A program made the translations under genes and the position numbers. From a candidate division WOR-3 bacterium (lineage in GTDB: Bacteria > Hydrothermota > Tepidihabitantia > SM23-42 > CAYGYG01), in NCBI GenBank assembly GCA_965648915.1, contig CBFGIV010000003.1:32001-96000 (forward strand): a DNA stretch of 64,000 nucleotides. Reading direction: 5' to 3'. Shown here one piece after another: positions 41,811 to 52,897 of the stretch. The notes below the pieces were generated by a model. The model made no database searches. It had not been told where the DNA came from and saw only the letters and a program-made list of their open reading frames with translations. Every line of letters starts with the position of its first letter. Position 1 is the stretch's first letter.

Positions 41811-42465
41811 CCGTAGAATAGAAGGTAATCAGCCCGACATCGGGCGCATAGTATTCAAAATATCTGGTACTATCAAAATATGTATAGAAACTCGAATTTA
41901 TCCGGCAAACATTCAAAACTTCGACCTTATAGACATCATCAAAAATACCGGCGGGCACTTCAATCCTTCCTGACCTTTTGTCGCCGTCCATCGGTTCGGC
42001 CAATCCGATCACCCTACCGTTGATCCGGTGGTCAATCCTGACCTTAACCCCACCAATATCTATTGAGTCATAAAAGAGGTCCTCCCAGGTGTTACCCGTA
42101 ATCAGCGGTAATTCAATCCATTTTCGATAACGGGCCTCGATCTCATATTCAAATCCTCCATAAGGCACTTTTATATCAAAAAAACGGTATATGCCTTCTG
42201 GTTGTTTAGATCGATATTCAGCTATGCCATTGATAACAAATACCACCGCATCATAATCAAACCAGGTCGTCTCCGCTTCAACCTGAATATATATATCCCG
42301 ACTTTGAGATTTATAGAGCCAGCCCGCACCGACTTTAACTGGATAATAGTCTGCACCGGACCTGCAGATAATGTGGTCATCACAACAGAAGAAGAGTAAA
42401 AAGATCAAAGTCAGAAGAATCCGGTGTCTATTTTTTAAGAAATAAATACTACAGGACATAACCAA
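41770..42465 (-). CDS. Hypothetical (lipo)protein
   Basis: LFFCC lipobox-like, DYYP..G..W.Y, VPAG.F, YYAP.VGL. Confidence 0.65.
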   Translation of the reverse strand: MVMSCSIYFLKNRHRILLTLIFLLFFCCDDHIICRSGADYYPVKVGAGWLYKSQSRDIYIQVEAETTWFDYDAVVFVINGIAEYRSKQPEGIYRFFDIKVPYGGFEYEIEARYRKWIELPLITGNTWEDLFYDSIDIGGVKVRIDHRINGRVIGLAEPMDGDKRSGRIEVPAGIFDDVYKVEVLNVCRINSSFYTYFDSTRYFEYYAPDVGLITFYSTGDSIFKLQEYQGL

Positions 42466-42916
42466 TCCTTAACGCAATAAAAGATATTATTGGAGCAGTG
42501 GTAAAATCCGACAATCCCCTGAAATTTATGCCTGGTGCTATTAAGACCTGTTCGAAATTTACTGGAAAACCGATATTAAAATCATAGACGAGACTGAACC
42601 CCTTTTCCTGACCAGTATTCAGTTCACGCCTGATCCTTCCGCCTCCAATTCGGGCCATAAACTGAATAAATTTTACCCTCCGGGAAAATCCGGCCAGGAA
42701 TGAATAATCCTCAAGAAGATATTCGCTATTTGTTGTATTAAAATTTTCAAGCCCGGCAGCAATCTCTAAGTTATATCCTCCCAATTTTCTGTTCAAAAAT
42801 AGGTTTATTATCTGACTGGATGAAACCTGATTATATAGACCGGCCACCGGGATACCCGCACCAGTTTCAATCCCGATCGAAATTGAAAAGAGCGCAACAA
42901 GGAGATAAATTTGCAT
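42449..42916 (-). CDS. Hypothetical small outer-membrane beta-barrel-like protein
   Basis: Signal-like start, amphipathic strands, terminal IGY.L. Confidence 0.55.
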   Translation of the reverse strand: MQIYLLVALFSISIGIETGAGIPVAGLYNQVSSSQIINLFLNRKLGGYNLEIAAGLENFNTTNSEYLLEDYSFLAGFSRRVKFIQFMARIGGGRIRRELNTGQEKGFSLVYDFNIGFPVNFEQVLIAPGINFRGLSDFTTAPIISFIALRIGYVL

Positions 42917-43015
42917 AAGAAGACATCTTACTCATTTTTTATAGTTTGTCAATCAATATTCTAACCGGGGGACGAATCTATTGACACAAATCAGGTCCTG
43001 CATAGAATTGTTAGC

Positions 43016-44176
43016 GTGAAAAAACTGATCGCCATTTCTACTGAGATTGGAAGGGGGCATCCGAATTATTTAGACGGTGTGGTAGAAATTCTTACCAGAA
43101 AAATTGGCCTGCCGGTCAAGGTCTATAGTGTTTTTGAAATTGGCTCTGGTACATCAATCCGGTGCTGGCAGTTGATCAAAAAATTTTATGAACTGGGTAG
43201 TAGGGGAGGAATGCTCACCCGGATATACAATCTAATTCGTTCCCGTCCGGTCCAAAAAGGAAAATTGCTTGAAATCTTAGGCCAGGACCTCACTCGAACC
43301 TTTGGAAAATTCCGCGGTATATGCCTGGTCGAACATCCAATTGTTGCTGCCATCTTGCAGGAACTGAGCAGGGTCTATTATATTCATGGTGAAGTTGCCG
43401 CGCCAATTTCCAGCGCAATCCCCTGGCCAGCAAAAATATTCGTGCCGCTTGAATATACTAAAAATAGATTCCTCCAATTTGGCATTGAACCGAAACGGAT
43501 TTCAGTTACCGGCCTGATGATTGAACCCGGACTTATCCGGAAAGCAAAAAAATCGATCTCAGAAAGGATTGAACGAATTAGATCGCAAACCGATTTAACA
43601 GTTGGTTTCTTTACCTCGGGCGCCTATCCCCCGGTCCACATCAAAATTATCATAGAAGCCATTAGATCTTTAAGTTCAGGTAATATCAAGAAGGTCCTCT
43701 TTACCGGATACAATCCCGCAAAATTAAAGATGATTATCAGAAGATTGAAAGACCGGGGGTTAGAAGTCTTTTATCTCCTGCATAGAACCGGAAAGTTTCA
43801 CCCCCATAAAATTAATATTGTCTATGCAATCGATCGGATCAATGATACGAAACGGACAATCGAATTATTGCCCCGGATCGATGTTGCAGTCTCAGCCCCT
43901 CATGAAAGGATAAACTGGTCCTTAGGTCTCGGACTGCCGATCTTTGCCCTGATGCCGGCGATCGGTCCGTTTGCAATGGAAAATTATCATTTTGCCCTGA
44001 AAGAGGATACTGTCTACCCGCTGGATATCAATAATGCTCACCGATTTGGAACGATTCTTGAGAATATGCGCCAGGATGGTTCTTTGGTCAGGATGGCCCA
44101 AAATGGTTTTGGTAAGTATGCAATTGACGGCTGTCAAAAGGCAGGGGAAGAAATTCTTTCTGATCTCGAATCTTAA
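43016..44176 (+). CDS. Hypothetical protein, probable GT-B-like fold
   Basis: GRGH, HP, I.VTG, P.E, LGLP patterns resembling GT-B enzymes; long ORF with own promoter. Confidence 0.55.
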   Translation: MKKLIAISTEIGRGHPNYLDGVVEILTRKIGLPVKVYSVFEIGSGTSIRCWQLIKKFYELGSRGGMLTRIYNLIRSRPVQKGKLLEILGQDLTRTFGKFRGICLVEHPIVAAILQELSRVYYIHGEVAAPISSAIPWPAKIFVPLEYTKNRFLQFGIEPKRISVTGLMIEPGLIRKAKKSISERIERIRSQTDLTVGFFTSGAYPPVHIKIIIEAIRSLSSGNIKKVLFTGYNPAKLKMIIRRLKDRGLEVFYLLHRTGKFHPHKINIVYAIDRINDTKRTIELLPRIDVAVSAPHERINWSLGLGLPIFALMPAIGPFAMENYHFALKEDTVYPLDINNAHRFGTILENMRQDGSLVRMAQNGFGKYAIDGCQKAGEEILSDLES

Positions 44177-44191
44177 ATTTTTTAATCAGGT

Positions 44192-45127
44192 CTAATCTCT
44201 TAACCAGACTCTCAGTTGAGTCTGTGCCTTTACCCGCTGGTTCTGATAACGGGCAGGATTAAAACGATACTGACGAACTGAATTTAATATGGCACTGTCC
44301 TGTCGGAGATTACCTGATGACCTGATAAGATTTGCATCGATGACGTTGCCAAATGTATCAATCACAACATTGACTGTGACCTCGCGCCGGAGTTGTCTTA
44401 AATCTTGATCAGCAAGGATCTTTACTTCAACCGAATCGATCAACTGCGGAGCCACATCATAAGTTAAGAGTAATTCTTCGTCATAAGCGGTTTTTGCTTC
44501 TGATGAATATACAGGAGGGGTAGCAGCGCCGGTCCCGCGCGGAATAAATTCCTCAGCCGGTCTTTTCATTCTTTCAAGTTTATCGGCCAGATTTGGGGTT
44601 GCAGGTCGGACGGCCTTAGTCACCCCGGTCCTGGGTGACACCTCTTTGCCCCTGGTTTCACTCTTTACAACCGGGCTGGCTTTTTCTTTAAGCGTTAACT
44701 CATTTTCGGCCGGAGGAGGCGAGGCCGGAGCCGGCCGGGTCTCTGCCTCTTCAATCTTCCGGGTTGTGATTATCCTGCCCTCTTCACTCCTAAATATTAT
44801 ATAAAGGCCGATGCTGGCGACAAAGAGTATCACCGCGGCCGAAACAACCTGGGGCCAGAACTGGAAAAAGGGTATTCTCTTTTTATGATTCAACTGTTCC
44901 TGGGCAATCTTCCTTCGAATTCTCAGAGTAAGTTCATCAAGGGATTCAGGCGCAGGTTCGAGAGGTTTAACCAATAGACTCAATTCCTGGATCTTAATCA
45001 ATCTTTCGTATTCGCGACGACATTCACCACATTCTCTAAGGTGTTTTTCGATCTTGATCCGATCTTCAGCAGCGAGTTCATTGTCGATATATCTATTGAT
45101 CAATTCATTAATTTTTTTATTATGCAT
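44192..45127 (-). CDS. Zinc-binding anti-sigma factor with TM helix and C-terminal TonB_C domain
   Basis: HLRECGEC (HxxxCxxC), TM, Pro/Ala-rich linker, VVID..GNV..SSG..D..V.Q..F.PA. Confidence 0.8.
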   Translation of the reverse strand: MHNKKINELINRYIDNELAAEDRIKIEKHLRECGECRREYERLIKIQELSLLVKPLEPAPESLDELTLRIRRKIAQEQLNHKKRIPFFQFWPQVVSAAVILFVASIGLYIIFRSEEGRIITTRKIEEAETRPAPASPPPAENELTLKEKASPVVKSETRGKEVSPRTGVTKAVRPATPNLADKLERMKRPAEEFIPRGTGAATPPVYSSEAKTAYDEELLLTYDVAPQLIDSVEVKILADQDLRQLRREVTVNVVIDTFGNVIDANLIRSSGNLRQDSAILNSVRQYRFNPARYQNQRVKAQTQLRVWLRD

Positions 45128-45684
45128 TACTGAATTACTCCTTGAGCAATTAAAATCTCTTTTAATTTTTCCCGGGCCCGGCTCAATCTCGACATAACTG
45201 TGCCGATTGAGATATTTAAAGTCCGGGCAATCTCTTCATAACTGAACTCCTCATAAGTTCTCAGAATAAATACCGCCTTCTGCTCGGATGGTAACTGCTC
45301 CAGGGCGCTCTTTATCTTCTCTTTTAATATTGACTCATTTGCCTTATTTACCGGGTTGGTCGTCTTGTCCACCACCAGTCGGGGTGGGAGACTATCCAGC
45401 GACACCGATTTTGTTGTCTGTTTCTTTAGATGGTTAATACTTAAGTTCATTGCAATACGGTAGATCCAGGTCGAAAAATGGTATTTCTCATTAAAACTTC
45501 CTATACTGTGAAACGCCCGGATAAATGTATCCTGAACCAGATCTTCAGTGTCAGAGACATTATGAACCATACGATAGATTGCAACATAGATACGCCTTTG
45601 ATAGGATCTAACAAGTTCTTCAAAAGCCTTGAGATCACCATCTTTAACCTTCCTGACCAGTTCAATCTCTTCTTCGTATTTCAT
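45127..45684 (-). CDS. ECF RNA polymerase sigma factor
   Basis: AFEELV..YQ, EDLVQDTF, FSTWIYRIA.N, SYEEIA..GTVMSRLSRAR. Confidence 0.95.
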   Translation of the reverse strand: MKYEEEIELVRKVKDGDLKAFEELVRSYQRRIYVAIYRMVHNVSDTEDLVQDTFIRAFHSIGSFNEKYHFSTWIYRIAMNLSINHLKKQTTKSVSLDSLPPRLVVDKTTNPVNKANESILKEKIKSALEQLPSEQKAVFILRTYEEFSYEEIARTLNISIGTVMSRLSRAREKLKEILIAQGVIQ

Positions 45685-45716
45685 TAATTATACATTTAAA
45701 AAGTGAAAAAATTCCG

Positions 45717-47129
45717 TCAAAAGACGAGTTTTTCGACCTCTTTTAGTGCCTCTTCAAATATTGCCAGGCCCTGATCCGCCTCACTCTTTGTTAAAATTAG
45801 TGGTGGACTAATTCTTAAACAGTTAAACCCTGCACTATAAAGAATCAGCCCTTTCTTAAAACAGGTTCCGGTAAATATCTGAGGCAGCCCTTTACCATCT
45901 CTGGTTAGCGAGCGGGGAAACTTTTCCTTAGTTCTTTTATCCTTAACCAACTCGATACCGATCATAAGGCCAAGTCCCCGCACATCACCAATAATTCTCG
46001 ATTTTTCAGCCAGCTCCATCAGCCTCTCTTTCATATATTTACCGACCCTTGCCGCATTATCGACCAGGCCATTCTTGATGAGTTCGATACTTTTGATTCC
46101 CGCGGCACAGGCAACTGGATTGCCACCAAAGGTGCTTCCATGCGAACCTTTTTTCCAGGCACGTTGATCCACCTTTTCGTCCATCATCTCAGCCCGGGCG
46201 ATGACCGCACCCAGGGGTAGGCCTGAAGCAATTGCCTTGGCAATGCAGAGAATATCCGGTTCAACCCCCCAGTGTTCAATCGCAAACATCTTTCCGGTCC
46301 GGCCGAGGCCACACTGAATTTCATCGAGCACATAACAGATTTCGTATTTTTTAGTGATTGCCCGGAGGAGTCTATGAAACTCGGGCGGTGGAACGATATA
46401 ACCACCTTCACCCTGAATTGTCTCAACAAATATTCCGGCAACATCTTCCGGATCGACCAGTTGTTCAAAAATCACCTCAGTGAGAAAGGCGATGCAGGGT
46501 AGAAGCGGGATACCATCAATCGTCTCCTTACGCCGGCAATCCGGGTATTTAAGATTAAATGGACAGCGGTAACAATAAGCAAATGGGATATGAGTAACCT
46601 CAGGGATGAGGGGCGCAAAGTGTGCCTTCTGGACTTTTTTACTTCCGGAGAGTGTCATACCGGCAAAGGTCCGGCCATGAAATGCACCCAGAAAGGCAAT
46701 CATCTTCGGTCGACGGGTAAAGTTACGGCTTATCTTAATCGCCGCCTCCAGCGTCTCAACCCCGGAATTGGCAAAATAGACCCGTTTGTCAAAATTCCCG
46801 GGTGTGAGGGGCAGTAATTTTTCAGCCAGTTCAAGCTGGGGTAGATAATAGAAATCGCTCCCCGAGATATGAAGAAGTTTCTCTGCCTGTTCTTTTATTA
46901 CTTTAACAACATCAGGATGACAATGGCCGGTACCGCAAACCGCAAACCCCGCACCAAAGTCGATATATTCCCGACCATCGACATCGTGGACAATAACACC
47001 TTTTGCATAATCAACAACCAGTGGGATCTCGGGTGTGCGCGTGTTGGCGCCAAACATAACTTTCTGGTCGCGTTCGATAATCTTCCGGGCATTAGGACCG
47101 GGTTGAGGCGATTGATAGTCAATAGTCAT
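45717..47129 (-). CDS. Class III PLP-dependent aminotransferase (GABA/ornithine type)
   Basis: [53 protein letters not shown] before ATG 47129. Confidence 0.93.
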   Translation of the reverse strand: MTIDYQSPQPGPNARKIIERDQKVMFGANTRTPEIPLVVDYAKGVIVHDVDGREYIDFGAGFAVCGTGHCHPDVVKVIKEQAEKLLHISGSDFYYLPQLELAEKLLPLTPGNFDKRVYFANSGVETLEAAIKISRNFTRRPKMIAFLGAFHGRTFAGMTLSGSKKVQKAHFAPLIPEVTHIPFAYCYRCPFNLKYPDCRRKETIDGIPLLPCIAFLTEVIFEQLVDPEDVAGIFVETIQGEGGYIVPPPEFHRLLRAITKKYEICYVLDEIQCGLGRTGKMFAIEHWGVEPDILCIAKAIASGLPLGAVIARAEMMDEKVDQRAWKKGSHGSTFGGNPVACAAGIKSIELIKNGLVDNAARVGKYMKERLMELAEKSRIIGDVRGLGLMIGIELVKDKRTKEKFPRSLTRDGKGLPQIFTGTCFKKGLILYSAGFNCLRISPPLILTKSEADQGLAIFEEALKEVEKLVF

Positions 47130-47273
47130 ATTCTGTCTCCTTTCAAGATCGATTATAATCATAATTAATCTGCGGTCAAGGACGATCTATTTTATTCGAG
47201 AGTGCTTTATAAAACTTCGCACTGCCTACAAACTCTTGACAATGGTCAGTTAATGGCTATATTTTGATCATAT

Positions 47274-47996
47274 ATGTTTACTTTCTGTATCGCACTATCT
47301 CTCTTTATGAATTATATCAAGCTCCATGGTGATACGGTGATGTTTTATAACCATGACTCAACCCTGATTAAAAAGATTGTCTTAAAGTGTAGCCAGGAGA
47401 ATAAGTTTGTAAACGGCAGATCGGTCTCGATCACCACGATTGAGAAGGCCTATCTTTCGGAAAACGGAAAATATCTTATCCTGTTTCATCTCAAGACCAA
47501 CGATTCAGTAATTGAAAGCTGGGTAAGGTTTATTGACCATGAAGGAAAAATTATTATCCAGCGTTCAACATCGGGGAGATATCAGTATGATCCTTACACT
47601 TCCTTAGCTCATAATCTCGGTTTTGCCATCGTTGTTTTGACCGATTTTTATCGCCATAACCCGGTTCTTTTCCTTATAAATAATAAGGGGCAGATAAAAA
47701 AGCTATCCCGCTCAAAATGGCATGGAATTGCCGGTGTCTCGGCATCAGATAATGGGAAATTTCTGGCATTCAATGTCCGTCGTAAAGAACGGAAATATGT
47801 CTGGGATTGTCTCCTATTTATCGATTTAGAAAAAAGTCAAGAATGGACCTACACCTTTTCCGATTGTCTCTCCTGTGGTCGATCCAGTGGATTAAAATTT
47901 AATCTGAATAACGAAGGGACAACAAGCGTGGTATTTAAGAATGAAACCTATCTCTTCGCCCGGGATGGCCGAATTCTAAGGATCAATTCTTTATGA
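47274..47996 (+). CDS. Hypothetical exported protein
   Basis: 240-aa ORF with promoter, S.NG..L propeller-like repeats, CxxC near C-terminus. Confidence 0.6.
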   Translation: MFTFCIALSLFMNYIKLHGDTVMFYNHDSTLIKKIVLKCSQENKFVNGRSVSITTIEKAYLSENGKYLILFHLKTNDSVIESWVRFIDHEGKIIIQRSTSGRYQYDPYTSLAHNLGFAIVVLTDFYRHNPVLFLINNKGQIKKLSRSKWHGIAGVSASDNGKFLAFNVRRKERKYVWDCLLFIDLEKSQEWTYTFSDCLSCGRSSGLKFNLNNEGTTSVVFKNETYLFARDGRILRINSL

Positions 47997-48005
47997 ACTT
48001 TTATC

Positions 48006-48170
48006 TTAATACTCGAGCCGTTCGAATTCTTCTTTACTCGCCCCGCATTCCGGGCAACCCCAGGCATCGGGTAATTCCTCCCAGAATGTCCCGGGTTCGA
48101 TACCATTCTCCGGATCACCTTTTTCTATATCATATATATATCCACATACAATACACTGCCATTTTTCCAT
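48006..48170 (-). CDS. Rubredoxin (not in ORF track)
   Basis: Hand translation [54 protein letters not shown]; two CxxC motifs. Confidence 0.95.
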   Translation of the reverse strand: MEKWQCIVCGYIYDIEKGDPENGIEPGTFWEELPDAWGCPECGASKEEFERLEY

Positions 48171-48177
48171 ATAGTTT

Positions 48178-48747
48178 TCAACCGATTACAATATCTTTTG
48201 TTGATCTAATATTTTTGCGGTCCGTGGTGGCGTAATAGTAATTACCCAGATAAAGAGCCGGCTGGATTCGATCGAGATGGATTATACCATCAGTTGTAAA
48301 ATTTTCGTCTTCGGTATGGACCGCAACGATCTCACCAATAAATATGGTGTGATCACCATAGGTCTTGAAATCAAAAAGTGTGCATTCATACGCCGCAAAG
48401 GCCAGACTGATAATCGGGCTGCTGATCTTCAGTGATTTTTCGGTCTTGATATCAAAATACTCGAGTTTATCAAACTCTGCCCCTGATGTGTGACCCAACT
48501 TGTGGATAATCTCGATGCTGGCAAAGGTTAAAAAATTGAGAGAAAAATTCCTAACCTCAGTTATGATCTTATGCGTATACCGTTTGGGTGAAATTGAAAC
48601 TGCATACAGAGGTGGTTTAAAGGAAACCGGCATATGCCAGGCCGCGGGCATGGCATTTATCTTTTCCTTACCTTTGGCCAGGACAACCGCAATTGAGGCA
48701 GGGTATGAAGGAGCAAAATTTTCAATCTTTTCTCTGATCGTCTTCAT
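48178..48747 (-). CDS. Flavin reductase family protein
   Basis: NAMPAAW..VS.KPP, SG...DK, EC......GDH.IF.GE. Confidence 0.9.
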   Translation of the reverse strand: MKTIREKIENFAPSYPASIAVVLAKGKEKINAMPAAWHMPVSFKPPLYAVSISPKRYTHKIITEVRNFSLNFLTFASIEIIHKLGHTSGAEFDKLEYFDIKTEKSLKISSPIISLAFAAYECTLFDFKTYGDHTIFIGEIVAVHTEDENFTTDGIIHLDRIQPALYLGNYYYATTDRKNIRSTKDIVIG

Positions 48748-48775
48748 CGTCTGTTATCTACAATCCTGCCTCTTT

Positions 48776-49378
48776 TTAATATCTCGTTACAAATATCGCA
48801 TCATCGGGATCTAACAGGTCTTTGATCCGGTCGATCCGGACCCTGTCATTCGGTTTGGCATAAAGACATTTTCCCTTACCGGCGTAGATCCCCACCAACC
48901 AGGGCCAGAATTCAATCTTATTAATAACCGCAAAGGATTCCTGGTCTGAGCCAATCTGAAAAGGGACGAGGAGGTAGACAATATCACCCCTTTTCAGCCT
49001 TTTATAATCAATATCTTTTTTCAAAACTGGTGCCAGCCCATCGACCGGTCGACCGAGTTTTTCACTCTCGACCAGGACCCTGGGCCAGGTTGGCAGGTTT
49101 TTCCAGTCTTTCTGGGTCACATCACGATAGGCAAGAAAGATTAACCCCATACAATCAACGCCGTCTTCTGATCTCCCATTATCCCTGTACCTTACACCAT
49201 AATACTTCGATGCCGCTTTCAAAAGTCTTTCACCGAAAGGCTGATCTTTTGATTTATCTGCCGGGGAAGAATCAATTTTCGTGCTCTGCGCCTGGATCGA
49301 AAATACCAGGAAAAAAACCAATAAAAAAGAGAGTCTAAAAGATATCTTCATAATATCAACCGACTGAAATACCCTCAC
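48776..49378 (-). CDS. NlpC/P60-like secreted protein
   Basis: G.RY..G...G.DCMGL, L..GD.V, VGIY.G; catalytic His apparently absent. Confidence 0.75.
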   Translation of the reverse strand: MRVFQSVDIMKISFRLSFLLVFFLVFSIQAQSTKIDSSPADKSKDQPFGERLLKAASKYYGVRYRDNGRSEDGVDCMGLIFLAYRDVTQKDWKNLPTWPRVLVESEKLGRPVDGLAPVLKKDIDYKRLKRGDIVYLLVPFQIGSDQESFAVINKIEFWPWLVGIYAGKGKCLYAKPNDRVRIDRIKDLLDPDDAIFVTRY

Positions 49379-51297
49379 TTTTTATGTTCGGCCCACCAGT
49401 TATGAGTTCCAAAATCTTCAATGTTTTGAGTCCCTTCAATCCGTTCCCAATCAGCCGAGATCTTCCCTTTCATCGAAATCTTCTTCTTCGTGTTTGTCCA
49501 GTAAAAGACATTTAAGTATCGACAATTGATACTCCCTTCAGCAACAAATTCATCTTTGACTACCGTTCCTTTGATCTCGCCGGTATAAATGAGGCCATCT
49601 GATGGGCGATGATAGTATTTTATCTTAAGGCGGCTCCCCTCCTGCCTGATGGTCATATTGAATGAAGCCTCGTAGCCTGAAGCATCCTGGCCAATTTCGC
49701 CCTGCCAGGTACCACCTAGGTCTTCTAAGTGGATCTTCCCTAAGTCAAGGATACTATTTTTGGTAATATTGACGAACCGGGTATAGGTTAAATATCCATC
49801 TTTTCTGATTTCAAGCCGGTAGTTTGATACGGGAATATTATCGGCGACAAAAGGGGTATGTCCGATAAACTTCTGATCAAGATAGACATCAGCACTCTCG
49901 GGTTCAGAGACTACTTTGAGTCCACCGTATGCCGGCACCAGGTTTACACGGACAAATCCATTTTTAGCAAAACCGACATAGACATCTTCCTGCCATCTTT
50001 CATAACCATCTTTTTCAATTTCAATCGTGTGACGACCGATTAAAACCGAAGGGGTCGAAATAAAACCGGATTTACCCTGATGGGGAGTTATATGCTTACC
50101 ATCAAGAAGAACCTTAAGGTTTCCTCCCGGTGTAACCTGAATGAGAATCTTATTGTGGGATAGGATCCATAAAAAAGCGACGACAACAATCAAACTCGCT
50201 ATACCAGCCGCAATGGTCAATGCTTTTTTTAGACTCTTTCGACTTGAGAGATAAATCTCTTTCCTGGTCTTTTCAAGCAGTTGCTGATATTCAACCGAGT
50301 CGATATCGTAACTGACCGCAGTCTCAAGATAGTTTATGCCTTTTTTTATCTTGTTCTCTTGTAGTGCATATTCTCCAAGTTTAAAGAAAAGAGCAGCGAG
50401 TCTCTTCTGGTCGCTCCGGTCCATCTGTTGACTAGTAGCCCGGTCAATCTGATTAACAAAGTCTTCAGCAATCGGTCGATTACCCTGGGCAAAATAAGTA
50501 AGTGCCAGATATGTCTTGATAAGCGTCTCCATTGCCGGGCCGATGTTTTCAAACTTAAAGGCATTGGTAAAATATTCAACTGCCCGATCATACTGGCGAT
50601 TATCGTAATAATATTTTCCGATCTGAAAATCGATAAGGATATCCCGGATATGGAGATTGACCAATTTTTCATAGTAGTTTATGACTTTTACTATATTATT
50701 ATTCTCCAGGTGGTAATAGACAAGGTCTTTTATATTCTGGACATTGTCCGGAGTAAGCCTTTCCAGAGCCTCGAGTTCGGTCAAGACCTTCGCTTTATCC
50801 CCTTTCTGAAGGTAAAGATTTTTCAAAAGGATATGAAACTCAACATTGTTGGGTAAGATCTGAAGTATCTTTTCTCCCAGAACGATCGCCTCATCGGTTT
50901 TATTCTGAAGATAGTAAACGCGAAACAGTCCGATCAGCATTTCCGTCGATTTCGGGTTGAGGTGGAGTGCAGAACGAAAACTAATTTCGGCCTCGTTTAA
51001 CTCCTTCAACTCAAGATAGAGATTAGCCCTCTTTGCATAGGCTTCAAAATTAGTGCTGTCGCGCTCAACTACCGCCTTATAGGTATTTAACGCCTCTTTA
51101 ATAAAACCGTATTTGTGATAGAGATCACCAAGGTCAAGCAAGTTTTTCACGTTGGTGGGTTCTTTTTCGACCATCTTACGCAGGAGATTGATATGGGCAA
51201 TGACTTCCGGTTCAAGATGGACTAATATTGTGCCACAGGCATTGCAGATCTTATCCTGGGCATCGACCGGTGCACTGCATTCAGGGCATTTATCCAT
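49375..51297 (-). CDS. Zinc-ribbon + TPR + TM + PEGA domain protein
   Basis: CPEC..CNACG, TPR helices, single TM, S.PE.A.VYLD..G.TP..KDGY. Confidence 0.8.
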   Translation of the reverse strand: MDKCPECSAPVDAQDKICNACGTILVHLEPEVIAHINLLRKMVEKEPTNVKNLLDLGDLYHKYGFIKEALNTYKAVVERDSTNFEAYAKRANLYLELKELNEAEISFRSALHLNPKSTEMLIGLFRVYYLQNKTDEAIVLGEKILQILPNNVEFHILLKNLYLQKGDKAKVLTELEALERLTPDNVQNIKDLVYYHLENNNIVKVINYYEKLVNLHIRDILIDFQIGKYYYDNRQYDRAVEYFTNAFKFENIGPAMETLIKTYLALTYFAQGNRPIAEDFVNQIDRATSQQMDRSDQKRLAALFFKLGEYALQENKIKKGINYLETAVSYDIDSVEYQQLLEKTRKEIYLSSRKSLKKALTIAAGIASLIVVVAFLWILSHNKILIQVTPGGNLKVLLDGKHITPHQGKSGFISTPSVLIGRHTIEIEKDGYERWQEDVYVGFAKNGFVRVNLVPAYGGLKVVSEPESADVYLDQKFIGHTPFVADNIPVSNYRLEIRKDGYLTYTRFVNITKNSILDLGKIHLEDLGGTWQGEIGQDASGYEASFNMTIRQEGSRLKIKYYHRPSDGLIYTGEIKGTVVKDEFVAEGSINCRYLNVFYWTNTKKKISMKGKISADWERIEGTQNIEDFGTHNWWAEHKK

Positions 51298-51421
51298 AAG
51301 TGATTATTATCTTAATTAAAAAAACACTAATGTCAAGAAATGATTGTGATAAAAATAGACCCCTGTGACCTATCCCTATCTCTTCCTTGACTTTTCAATT
51401 TATTTTGTTATTATAAAACTT

Positions 51422-52897
51422 ATGGCCGCTCTCTTCTCATTACTCATCTTCTTCAATATAAAGGTCTTTCATACTGACTCATCCCTCCTTTTTTTTAAGC
51501 CGGGACTTGATGAATATGAAGAAGCAGTATTCGGTGAGAAAATAACAGGACTTGCCCAGGGCAAGGATCTCTACCTCCTGACCGAGCATTACCTCTACAA
51601 GATCGATCCGGAAAAGAGATTGATCAAACAGAAGAATTATCTACCATTTCGCTTAAACAGTATAACACTTCAGACTGACCGAAATGGAGATGATTCGCTC
51701 CTCATTATTCTTTCTATCGATGAGATAATTTTAATCGACCCCGTTTATCTCTCTTATGCAGGCGGTATCGGTATCCCCCCGGGTGATCGGGAGATAATAT
51801 CGACTCTTATTCCGGGGTTGATTTATCTAATTGTGAAAGGGCTAAAAAGTTCGCTGATTGAAATTTATGATTTAAAAAATGGCCAACGCCGGCAGGGGAT
51901 AAGAGTCGATCTGATCCGACAAACCCTCTTTAATCCTGCAACCGGACATCTCTACCTTTTTGCAATCAATGGTGACATAAGAAGATTAACACTTAATTTG
52001 AGAGATAACAAGAAACTGCTTAACCTCCAGCCACCAATATTAAATGCTTTTATCCTCGATTCAGATCTGGTGGTTGTCACCACGGCCGGGATATATCTGA
52101 TTGAAATAAAATCAGGACGGGTGCTTGATCATCGACCGATGAAAATCGATGGAGCAGAGTTGATCGACTCGGTCTATCTCCTGACTTATGCCCATAACCA
52201 AGATGGTAATCTCTCCTCTTCGCTATCGCTATTGAATCTTGTTACAATGACACCGATTAAATATATCTCATTAACTGAATCAATTGAAAAATCTCTTCCC
52301 CTCGATTCCAACACACTTCTCATAAAGACAGCGGAAAGTTACTCCCTCATCAATCTTATTAATGGAGAAATACAAAAACTGAAATGTAATCCAATCATCT
52401 TGAGTCCTGGGTTTGAAACCACCCGGATCGCCCAGGATTCCTGTTATTATATCCAGGTGGGGGCCTTCTCTCAAATCAGCAAAGCCCGGGCCGTTATTGA
52501 ATCATTGCTTAAATACAGAATACCGGCATTCTGTGATTCGAGTTCAAGATTCTTTCGCATTCGAGTTGGGGGATTTATCAACCGGGAAGAGGCCGAGCTA
52601 TTTAACACCGTGTTCGGTGCCAAAAACTGGCTTGTCTTTACGGCAAAAGACCAATCCCGAGTTCTACCGGCCAGCAGTCTCTGTGCCTTTAATGGCCAAA
52701 ATACCCTTTTCGTATTCAGGTATGATTCAGGCACTTTAAGATTAATCCATAAAATTGAAAATTTCATAAAAGACTATCAAGGGAACCCGGTCATCAAAGA
52801 TTCGACCATTGAGATCAGAAGGAATGATGGCCGGAAAAGTATCTTCTATTTCAAAACAGGAGGAATTTATGAAGAGATCAGAGATATTCAAGACTGA
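51422..52897 (+). CDS. SPOR-domain exported protein
   Basis: [21 protein letters not shown]; start moved to ATG 51422 after promoter. Confidence 0.75.
   Translation: MAALFSLLIFFNIKVFHTDSSLLFFKPGLDEYEEAVFGEKITGLAQGKDLYLLTEHYLYKIDPEKRLIKQKNYLPFRLNSITLQTDRNGDDSLLIILSIDEIILIDPVYLSYAGGIGIPPGDREIISTLIPGLIYLIVKGLKSSLIEIYDLKNGQRRQGIRVDLIRQTLFNPATGHLYLFAINGDIRRLTLNLRDNKKLLNLQPPILNAFILDSDLVVVTTAGIYLIEIKSGRVLDHRPMKIDGAELIDSVYLLTYAHNQDGNLSSSLSLLNLVTMTPIKYISLTESIEKSLPLDSNTLLIKTAESYSLINLINGEIQKLKCNPIILSPGFETTRIAQDSCYYIQVGAFSQISKARAVIESLLKYRIPAFCDSSSRFFRIRVGGFINREEAELFNTVFGAKNWLVFTAKDQSRVLPASSLCAFNGQNTLFVFRYDSGTLRLIHKIENFIKDYQGNPVIKDSTIEIRRNDGRKSIFYFKTGGIYEEIRDIQD

Noticed and set aside
47993..48235. 80-aa plus-strand ORF and tRNA-like GGTTCGA motif
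   Set aside because: Opposite strand encodes a clear rubredoxin; no cloverleaf.
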